NCBI GenBank assembly: GCA_002269645.1
Contig: NIVC01000166.1
Coordinates: forward strand, 62,001 to 126,000
Source of the DNA: Macrostomum lignano
Lineage: Eukaryota
DNA length: 64,000 nucleotides
Reading direction: 5' to 3'
Shown: positions 22,311-30,170 of the stretch, in pieces
How the letters are laid out: every line of letters begins with the position of its first letter
Position numbering within the stretch: the stretch's first letter is position 1
Program-made: the position numbers and the translations under genes
Notes under the pieces: generated by a model
What the model was told of the DNA's origin: nothing
The model's database searches: none
Seen by the model: the letters and a program-made list of their open reading frames with translations, nothing else

Positions 22311-23035
22311 CCACGCCCTCACTGGTCAAATTCAAGAACGCAAATACTACATTACTAAAACTAGCGATTTAAACGCTATTAAGCAATATTTAGCGATTTC
22401 TGAATACAAAAAGTTAATAAAAGCAAAAGTTAAAAGCTTCTTCTTCGTAAAATAGGCCATTCTTCTACAATGCCAACGGGGATCTCATGCAAACACCAAA
22501 GCTTTGTGGGTTTGAATCGGTTTGCAGGTTTGCCCGCGCCCTGCTGTTCCTTCATGCATAGCATCTATTCCCATCTTTTTTGGCTACAAATCACCCATCC
22601 ACCATGTCTAACCTCCGATCTCCCACGTCTAATCTCAAATCTCGCATATCTAATCTACGATCTACCATATCTAAACTCCAATCTCCCAAATCTAATGTCC
22701 AATCTTCCATATTTAAACTCAGATCTCTCATATCTAATCTTCGACCTTTTATATGAAATCTCCGATCTCCGCATCTCCGATCTCCCTGATCTACAATCTA
22801 ATCTCACTTATCTCACTCTTGAGATCTCGTGAATAATATTGACGGTACAAAATTGCCAGCAAACCGTTCTCATAATTCAAAACGATTTAACCCTTTATCA
22901 GTGTGAAATGACTCGTTTTTCCCTTCATTATCGCTCGTCTTCACTTCGCTCAACTCGCTTCGCTCATCCTCGCTTCATTTCGGTCAATCTCCCCATTTCA
23001 CACTTACAACGATTAATTCCCATTGAATTATGAGA

Positions 23036-23223
23036 ATACGCTCTCGTCGTTCGCTTTGGTTTGCTGGCAATTTTGTACCGTACCCAACACTTCCAACTCT
23101 ACCCAACTCTACCCAACTCTACCCAACTCTACCCAACTCTTCTAACACTTCCAACTCTCCCCAACTCTCTATAACCCCAGGCCGCGCCGCAGGCGCGAAG
23201 GGTCTTTTTCTGTTATTAAAAAT
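23036..23223 (+). repeat. Polinton left TIR (visible part), containing a 10-bp ctacccaact array
   Basis: Reverse complement of 54158-54345, apparently identical by eye. Confidence 0.95.
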
Positions 23224-23536
23224 GAACCGAGTTTACACCTTTTCTGTTAGTGATACTTTTGAGACTGTTGCTAAAAACGCAGAGATAATAAAACAACATA
23301 TTTTGAATGGAATAATTGATGAAGTTTATTTAAAATATGATGATAAGAACGAACTAAAACTTTATCCTTTAGAGCTGGATGGTTTGTATGATCTAGAACA
23401 AGAGGGAGAGTTAATATTTCAACTTGGAGATTATTTAAATTCGGATGATTGGGAGGTTCGTTCAGATGATTCTAACTCAACAAATAGCTCATATGAAACT
23501 AGTGATTCGGAGAATGAAATTGAAATTTTTATGTAA
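23222..23536 (+). CDS. Polinton hypothetical protein, 104 aa, acidic C-terminus
   Basis: ATG in the taaaaATG context at 23222; the listed upstream extension of the ORF is TIR sequence. Confidence 0.6.
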   Translation: MNRVYTFSVSDTFETVAKNAEIIKQHILNGIIDEVYLKYDDKNELKLYPLELDGLYDLEQEGELIFQLGDYLNSDDWEVRSDDSNSTNSSYETSDSENEIEIFM

Positions 23537-23545
23537 AAAATGGAA

Positions 23546-25122
23546 TTAGTTCGCAGACATTAGCTGGTTCTCATAAAAAGAACCTAATATTTCTTCACCA
23601 TCCTTATCAGCAATTATATAGGTTGTAGGATTTGTATTTAAAACTTTACTGATAGTAAATTTCTCACTTATTTTCCAATATCCTTTTCTTCCTTTTTCAA
23701 ACTTATCTTTCCATTTATAGTTATAAACAGAATCACCAACTTTAAAACCTTTAGTTTTCTTTTTTTCAAATTCTCCAAAAGTAACTTTAACATTTTCAGG
23801 ATTGATATAAGCTTGTTGAGGACTCATCTTTATAGCCGAATGATATGCGTAATTATAATCTTTCACTACGTCTGGTAATATTTTTACCCACTTTTGGTTA
23901 CCATTAAGACTAAACTGAAACCACAGTTTCTTCCCCAAAGTTCGATTAAATCTTTCTATTAATGCGTTTTTACTTTCTCCATAAATAGAATAAATTTTAT
24001 TAATATACTCCCCATTCGCGTCTTTTTTCCTTTCTTGTCCTTTTTCAAAATGATACAATTTATACATATGAGGATTGTAAAATTATTTTCCCTCATCAAC
24101 ACATAACCTTTCGCTTTTTTCTCCAAGACTTCTAAAAGCATCAGCAACCTCCTCTCCTTTTTTGGATTTCAAAGGAACAGCCCACGCGTATCTAGTAAAA
24201 CCATCTAATATGGTTAAAATATATTTATATCCTCTGTCGCTCGGCATCGACATTAAATCAGCATACCAAATTTCATTCTTTTTGAAGTTCATGATTTTTC
24301 TATAAAATTTAGGTTTTCGATATTCTTTATGAAGAATCTTTGCTTCATCAGAACTTAACCCACTACCACTTAACAACAAACAATCGACACAATTATTTCC
24401 ATGTTGGTTGTAATTAATTCCTAAACCAAATTTAACTTTAGATTGCAGAATCTTTTTCACCATCCACCTAGTTAATCTTTGGCTTACCGATAATCCTTGT
24501 AAGTTATCTAATCCTTGAATCATTTTTCTATCGGCTTCATGTTTTAATCTTAATGCTTCCTCGGGTGAGTTCTTGTCAGCATCTCTGTATGCTAAGTCAT
24601 GATAATATGCTAACCAATCAATACCGTTAATGGGAATTGAATCAGCTTTTGGAGTGTCATCAGGATTTAATCTCAAATCTAACCTAGTGCCGGGCAGTTT
24701 ACCCTCAATCTTTCGAAAGAGGCTGGAACACACCTTAAGCGGTTAAATTACCGCCCATCTCCGTCTGCTCTCTGAACCTTCTCCTTATCTGCCGACTTAG
24801 GAGCTTGGCTGCGCATTGCCACCTTGTCTTCAAGCTTGTTACCGTTGGGAAGAGGAGTTACCTCTGTTCCTTCAAAAGATTTCTCAATTGAAGTGGTACT
24901 TGAAGCTGTATGACGGGTTTCACGCAATTTGAAGATGTCGCCACAAATAGTGACTAGCAAGGACATTGACTTCCTCACTCAGGCCACGGGGTAACCTGTG
25001 AAATTATGCGATGGCAGGTGTAATTCATTTGTATACCTTCCAGTAGTAAAAATACTCGGTAAGCTTGTTAATCCTTTTTGAACATCTAAAAATCCTCCTT
25101 CAAATACTAATTGATTGCTCAT
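23546..25122 (-). pseudogene. Parvovirus-type PLA2 fused to retroviral-type (rve) integrase. Exon 1 25122-24994, group I intron, exon 2 24694-23546, with one in-frame TAA at 24085-24083
   Basis: Spliced product MSNQ..ELHLPSHNFTG|PGTRLDLRL..PINGIDWLAYYHDLAY (PLA2), then WYADL..LTILDGFTRYAWAVPLK..VDEGK*FYN..IERFNRTL (DDE). The two listed ORFs are in the same frame either side of the stop. Confidence 0.9.
24695..24993 (-). ncRNA. Group I self-splicing intron, subgroup IC1-like, 299 nt, no internal homing endonuclease
   Basis: Exon ends in U and intron ends in G. P AAAUUGCGUGAAA (24930-24918), Q AAUGCGCAGC (24817-24808), R GUUCAGAGAGCAGA (24777-24764), S AAGGUGUGUUCC (24736-24725). P1, P3, P4, P5abc, P6, P7, P8, P9, P9.0 and P10 all pair by hand. 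Confidence 0.92.
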
Positions 25123-25672
25123 TTTTAATAGTCTTAAAAATACATGATAGCACTAATTGTTTTGCAAACTCTTCAATGGTTGGTTGTTTAACTTTTTTAT
25201 AGTGATTATCTACGCTAGTTAAGTATCTTTTATTTGTCCAATGTTCAGACTTTTTTATCTGATCTTCGTCTTTGTAATTAAATGAAGAAGCGGGAATGAA
25301 ATGATCAATATGTAACATTCCAGTATAATCTTTTGACACATAATAATTTCTTGTGAAATTTATCCAATCAAAAAAGAATTCTTTTGTGCAACCAAGATAT
25401 GAGATATTGTCCTTGTCATTAAAATTTTTCAACGCCCAATTTATTCTATTTCTAATTAAAACAATATGTTTGTAATTATCATCAGTGTGACACTTATTTT
25501 TTCTATATTCATTCCATTTATCTTTATTGTTTTTTATCCAAATAGTAGATGAGGTATTATGACAAGATCGACAATCATTTCTAAATTTTTTTGAATCATT
25601 TCTCCAAAAATAAAATTCTTTCGTCATTGGTTTTTCTTGTTTACACTTAGTACAAATCTTTTTAGTTTCCAT
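25100..25672 (-). CDS. Free-standing HNH (HNN) endonuclease with N-terminal CxxC..CxxC zinc finger, 190 aa
   Basis: CTKC..CRSC plus LHIDHFIPASSF..HWTN..DN, matching the giant-virus-type HNH family pattern. Confidence 0.8.
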   Translation of the reverse strand: METKKICTKCKQEKPMTKEFYFWRNDSKKFRNDCRSCHNTSSTIWIKNNKDKWNEYRKNKCHTDDNYKHIVLIRNRINWALKNFNDKDNISYLGCTKEFFFDWINFTRNYYVSKDYTGMLHIDHFIPASSFNYKDEDQIKKSEHWTNKRYLTSVDNHYKKVKQPTIEEFAKQLVLSCIFKTIKNEQSISI

Positions 25673-25695
25673 TTTATAAAAAATAAATTTAACAA

Positions 25696-26370
25696 TTAAT
25701 TAATTCCAGTATGTCCAGCAGCTTTCGCAGCAGCTAAAACAAGTTTTCGTGGAGTTTTAAATCCTTCTCCAACAGCCGGTTTGTTATTTATAGAATCAAC
25801 AATCCTTTTATATAAACTTGTATTTTTAACAGCTCTTACTCCTAACTCATCATAAAAAATTTTAGCACTTACTAATTCATCTCTAGTGTATAAATCGGGG
25901 TTAAATTTTACCCTAGGGTTGGTAATAATATTATATGCTCCACCCAATTCTCTATATAGTTCATCCCGATTTTTATCAACTCCACCAATTCGATAATTAC
26001 CACCACCTAAATCTGTCACAGCAATACTAGTTGGTGCAGGTCTCGGATATTCATCAACCCCATCCCTTTCTGCACGTCTAATTTCTGCAACTCTCAATAA
26101 TGCTTGATCAGTCTCATAAGTAGGCGGCTCATCTAAAAGTTCATCCTCTTTTGGCTCAGTATTCTTAGCAATTTTTTCCAGAAGGTCTTTATCTGTTTTT
26201 TCTAGTTCACTAATTTTCCCCGTAATAGGATTAACAAAAGGAGCAGCAAATCTTTCGCCAGCTAATTGTATTCCTAACTTTCTTTTTTGCAAATTTCTAA
26301 CAAAATCAGAATATCTTTGCTTTTCTTTATAAATCGCTAACTCTCCATCAACATCCATAAATTGACTCAT
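25696..26370 (-). CDS. Polinton conserved (probable virion core) protein, 224 aa
   Basis: C-terminal LVLAAAKAAGHTG resembles the LLxASKxAGNTG motif of Polinton accessory proteins; aaaaaATG start. Confidence 0.55.
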   Translation of the reverse strand: MSQFMDVDGELAIYKEKQRYSDFVRNLQKRKLGIQLAGERFAAPFVNPITGKISELEKTDKDLLEKIAKNTEPKEDELLDEPPTYETDQALLRVAEIRRAERDGVDEYPRPAPTSIAVTDLGGGNYRIGGVDKNRDELYRELGGAYNIITNPRVKFNPDLYTRDELVSAKIFYDELGVRAVKNTSLYKRIVDSINNKPAVGEGFKTPRKLVLAAAKAAGHTGIN

Positions 26371-26405
26371 TTTTTAACATAAAAAAACTTTTTTAACTTA
26401 AAAAA

Positions 26406-27878
26406 ATGGCTGAAACAAAAACTATGTGGAGTGATAAATTTCATTTCAAAAAGCACCGTCAGTATATTAATGAGGTCAGGGCAAAAGATTTAAATTTTAC
26501 TCTACCAACAAGTGATAATTCAAATAACTTTACTACCGGAACGGTAACTTTTGACATCGGCGCAACCAACACTATATTGGATATGAAAAATGCGTTTTTC
26601 CGCGTTAGATGGTTGTATACTAGAAATGATGGAACTGCTCTTGCAGCCGGCGATATCGCAGATCGTTCTGGAATAATAATAGAAAATGATTGGTTTTATA
26701 AATGTTTTTCCCAAGCCCAACTGTCAGTTAATGGAGCCGAGGTTGAGACAGCATCAAACCCCGCAGAGATTAATGGAGTTTTGAAACATTTAAATTATAC
26801 TTATTTATCAAAACAAGTTGGTGATAATGTTGGGTGGATGCCTGATAAGGGTAATGGTCAAGCAGTAGTTTTCCCTAATGTACAAAACGCAGCTGGTGCA
26901 GATACCGCAGCTCTTATAGCTTATCTTAATACCAATATAGTTCCAGTTGTAACCACCATGACTAACACAAAAGATATTAATACAGGTTTTATAGATCGTC
27001 AGAATAAATTCCCAGTCGCGGTTTTAACCACGGCAACCGCATATGAGCAGGACTTTTCAATCTTCCCACTATTTGGGTTCTTCTCACCAAATCGAGTATG
27101 GAAAGGATTAAAATTTGGGATACAGTTGCAAATATCTGGTGGATATCAGCCTAGGATACTTTATGGAACCTCAATTTCAACCGATATAGCAGTTCGTATA
27201 GATTCAATTCAATTAGTCGTACCAACTATTGAGGTAACAGCCCCACTTTTAAAACACATCGATAATCAGTTAACGCATGATCAGGAAATATTTTATTTGA
27301 ATCGTCGACACTTTATGCGAACCATTAATAATAACCAGGATTCATTCCAGTGGCAGATAATTACATCAAAACGTCGGGTGAGATATATTTTTGTTTGGTT
27401 TAAAATAACAAACAGAAGGAGTAAAATAACAAATGGAGATTTATATTGGCTTCAATCGGGTGACATAGCAGCACAAGCAGTTACCGCAACAGACAATGCG
27501 GTTTCGGCTATTAACGAGTTTAATGTTCAGAATATCCGCCTGCAGGTTGATGATCAATATTATCCGGTTAAAGACCCCCTAAATTTAAATATAGCAAATA
27601 ATAATGTTAATGATTTTATAAAATATTATCAAGATTATGTCAAAAATGAAGCGTTTGCCGTCCCTCAGTACACACCCACAGAGTTTCTAAACATTCATCC
27701 AGTGGTTGTTTATGATCTAACGGCACAGAAAGAAAACGTAGCCAATGTTGGACTTAATTACATGTTAGAGATTAATAAAACCGGTAATCAGGCAATAGAC
27801 GCACACGTATTGTTTCTAGAGGAATATATGTCAATTGCTAAAGCTGATGGCACGATTGTTCGGGACGCCCCGCTGTAA
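26406..27878 (+). CDS. Major capsid protein (double jelly-roll), 490 aa
   Basis: Size, beta-rich composition, FSQAQLSVNGAEVE and IRLQVDDQYYP segments, position next to the ATPase and penton. Confidence 0.8.
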   Translation: MAETKTMWSDKFHFKKHRQYINEVRAKDLNFTLPTSDNSNNFTTGTVTFDIGATNTILDMKNAFFRVRWLYTRNDGTALAAGDIADRSGIIIENDWFYKCFSQAQLSVNGAEVETASNPAEINGVLKHLNYTYLSKQVGDNVGWMPDKGNGQAVVFPNVQNAAGADTAALIAYLNTNIVPVVTTMTNTKDINTGFIDRQNKFPVAVLTTATAYEQDFSIFPLFGFFSPNRVWKGLKFGIQLQISGGYQPRILYGTSISTDIAVRIDSIQLVVPTIEVTAPLLKHIDNQLTHDQEIFYLNRRHFMRTINNNQDSFQWQIITSKRRVRYIFVWFKITNRRSKITNGDLYWLQSGDIAAQAVTATDNAVSAINEFNVQNIRLQVDDQYYPVKDPLNLNIANNNVNDFIKYYQDYVKNEAFAVPQYTPTEFLNIHPVVVYDLTAQKENVANVGLNYMLEINKTGNQAIDAHVLFLEEYMSIAKADGTIVRDAPL

Positions 27879-27903
27879 AATTAGTTAAATTATTTCATTA
27901 AAA

Positions 27904-28665
27904 ATGGTAAAAGCAAAACACAATATTATATTTCCAAACGATCCTTTTCTTTGTTTAGTAATTGGTGGGTCGGGCAAAGGAAAAACACACTTTGTTTACG
28001 ATTTATTAACAACAGATGGAATGTTAGACTATAATAATTTATTAATATATACTAACAAACCTAGAATAAAATATTATGAATTTCTTAAACATGGATTAAA
28101 AAACAAATTAAAAAAAGATATCATGTTTAGAATGTTAAGAGCATATGAGCAATATGAGGACGATGATGAACCAAGATTTACACTCGATGACATTAAGGAT
28201 TTATGTAAAACAACGGCAGAAAATCCAGAAAACACTAACAACCGAGCCCCAACTGTTAGAGTATCAACCCGATTATCCTATGATCAAATTCCAAAACATG
28301 ATAAAACACTAATTATTTTTGATGATTGTATTAACGACGGCGATCAAGAATTGCAAAAGGAAATTTTTGTTAGTGGTAGAGGAGACGGAATTGGAGCTTT
28401 TTATCTAACTCAATCCTTTAGAGAATTAGAATCAATTATAAAAAAGAATGCTAGTTGTTGTGTAATGTTTGATTTGGATAACTATGATTTACAAAATATA
28501 CACGCTAGATTTAATCCTGGATTGGATGTAAAACCATTCAAAAGTATGTGTAAAAAAATTTGGGATGATAGTCAATACAAACATATATACATGTATATCA
28601 ACCCTAGGTTAGAAAGGAAAAATCGAATCTTAAAAGATCTGATAAAAGAAGACGATGAGGAATAA
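27904..28665 (+). CDS. A32/FtsK-like genome packaging ATPase, 253 aa
   Basis: Walker A GGSGKGKT, Walker B IIFDD, GR..LTQS motif C. Confidence 0.92.
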   Translation: MVKAKHNIIFPNDPFLCLVIGGSGKGKTHFVYDLLTTDGMLDYNNLLIYTNKPRIKYYEFLKHGLKNKLKKDIMFRMLRAYEQYEDDDEPRFTLDDIKDLCKTTAENPENTNNRAPTVRVSTRLSYDQIPKHDKTLIIFDDCINDGDQELQKEIFVSGRGDGIGAFYLTQSFRELESIIKKNASCCVMFDLDNYDLQNIHARFNPGLDVKPFKSMCKKIWDDSQYKHIYMYINPRLERKNRILKDLIKEDDEE

Positions 28666-28680
28666 TTCTCCACTATAAAA

Positions 28681-29466
28681 ATGGCTACAAATTTGGATAC
28701 TATAAAGCAATTGGTAGATCGAACTAATTCAAAATTTAGTACAACCTTACAGTTTATAATGACAAGAAGTGAGCAACTGATTCAATTGCGCGATCCGTTA
28801 CAACTCGATCAAAGCCTAAGTTATCAAATAGGTTTGATACTATTTTCAGTTTTTAACATGCCTCAATTAATTAATGCAACAAATAATCAATTTAGATATT
28901 CTAAAGATTCAGGAGCCAATTGGACAACATTTAGTGTTAATCCAGGAGCGTATTCCTATACCGATTTGAATGCTTATATAGAAGGAGAATTAACAGCTAA
29001 TGGCGATTGGGTAGCAGGCGCGATTGTTATAGGGGTTGATTTACCATCTGGCAGATTCACGCTATCACTAGAATCTGGATATCAGGTTGATTTCACAATT
29101 GCAAATTCACTCAGAACCATACTAGGATTTAATTCCCGAATAGTTACCGCATCAAGCACCGGCGATACCGTGGGAAATATTGAGGGTGGAGTTAATACAA
29201 TTAATATAACAACCGACATATCAAACGGTGGTTATATAACAGATGATAACGGAGTTTTGGTTCAACGTGGAATTATTTATTCAATCCCGTTTCTTGCTGT
29301 TCCAATTGGAGAGAAAATGATTGTTTCACCCCAAACCCCAATATATTATCCTTTAAATCAATATAGTGTTCAATCAATTTATATTAGGATCGTAGACGAA
29401 AGTGATAGATTAATAAGTTTTGGTGGGCAGTCAATAACGGTAATTTTACGTATAAAACAGGTTTAA
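28681..29466 (+). CDS. Minor capsid protein (penton, single jelly-roll), 261 aa
   Basis: NNQFRYS..PGAYS..DLN, INITTDI, YYPL..SIYIRIVDE..ISFGGQ..VILRIK pattern of Polinton mCP. Confidence 0.8.
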   Translation: MATNLDTIKQLVDRTNSKFSTTLQFIMTRSEQLIQLRDPLQLDQSLSYQIGLILFSVFNMPQLINATNNQFRYSKDSGANWTTFSVNPGAYSYTDLNAYIEGELTANGDWVAGAIVIGVDLPSGRFTLSLESGYQVDFTIANSLRTILGFNSRIVTASSTGDTVGNIEGGVNTINITTDISNGGYITDDNGVLVQRGIIYSIPFLAVPIGEKMIVSPQTPIYYPLNQYSVQSIYIRIVDESDRLISFGGQSITVILRIKQV

Positions 29467-29467
29467 T

Positions 29468-29524
29468 CGTATCTTCGATACGCGTGCTTCGCACGATCGA
29501 ACCAAAGGTTCGAGGACTTCGTCC
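29468..29524. other. Four abutting perfect triloop hairpins in an intergenic gap
   Basis: cgtatc-ttc-gatacg, cgtgc-ttc-gcacg, tcgaacc-aaa-ggttcga, ggac-ttc-gtcc. Confidence 0.85.
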
Positions 29525-29540
29525 GTTTCCCATAGTAAAA

Positions 29541-29726
29541 ATGGGTAATAATAATAACAATGGTTTAAAAAAACAATCAGATAAAGTTCAAAACGCAAAG
29601 GATAATTATGAAATCGAACTAACAAAATTGAAACAATTACAAGCAGAAAAAATCCGAAAGGAACTATTAAAACCCGCACCTACGAAACTAACTAAAACCA
29701 AGAGTTTTTTCAGGAACATAAAATGA
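29541..29726 (+). CDS. Small basic coiled-coil protein, 61 aa (MGNNNN..)
   Basis: aaaaATG context at 29541 just after the hairpin cluster; overlaps the protease start. Confidence 0.45.
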   Translation: MGNNNNNGLKKQSDKVQNAKDNYEIELTKLKQLQAEKIRKELLKPAPTKLTKTKSFFRNIK

Positions 29727-30160
29727 CTATGAATTGGCAGTTGTTCAAACAAAGATATGGAACAGACACAACAAGCAATATCGAATTAACAAATTGGGCG
29801 CGGCAGTTAAAAATAAAACCATTCAGATGTGTTATGCGGGATGAGATAAAAGACTTACCAAAATATGGATCTTTCATTGTTAATATTGAAACAACAAAAG
29901 AAAATGGTGTTCATTGGTCAGCAGTTTATTCAAAACCCAAACTTGTTTATTTTTTTGATTCATACGCGCTTCCTCCGTTACAGGAAATAAAAGACAAATT
30001 TAATCATACTAAAAATCGTTTATGTGGAGATCACCACGAACAATTTCAAACATTTGATAAAAGTTATTGCGGGCAAGCGGCGTTGTATTTTTTATATAGA
30101 ATTAACAACTCGAAGGAAAGACCCGAAGACTTTAAGATAATTTTAGATTCTATAAAATAG
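29723..30160 (+). CDS. Adenain-like cysteine protease, 145 aa
   Basis: GVHW, FFDSY, Q..CGQ catalytic His/Asp/Gln/Cys motifs. Confidence 0.92.
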   Translation: MTMNWQLFKQRYGTDTTSNIELTNWARQLKIKPFRCVMRDEIKDLPKYGSFIVNIETTKENGVHWSAVYSKPKLVYFFDSYALPPLQEIKDKFNHTKNRLCGDHHEQFQTFDKSYCGQAALYFLYRINNSKERPEDFKIILDSIK

Positions 30161-30170
30161 ACAGTAAAAA

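Noticed and set aside
24748-24978. 76-aa ORF inside the intron, as a possible homing endonuclease
   Set aside because: It runs through the conserved ribozyme core, has no nuclease motif and starts at GTG; a chance open frame.
24695-24993. Insert as a MITE (caggttaccc / gggtaaactg near-inverted ends) or a spliceosomal intron
   Set aside because: The MITE boundaries leave the gene out of frame and show no TSD; the nearest GT-AG join creates a stop. Only U|...G boundaries restore the frame.
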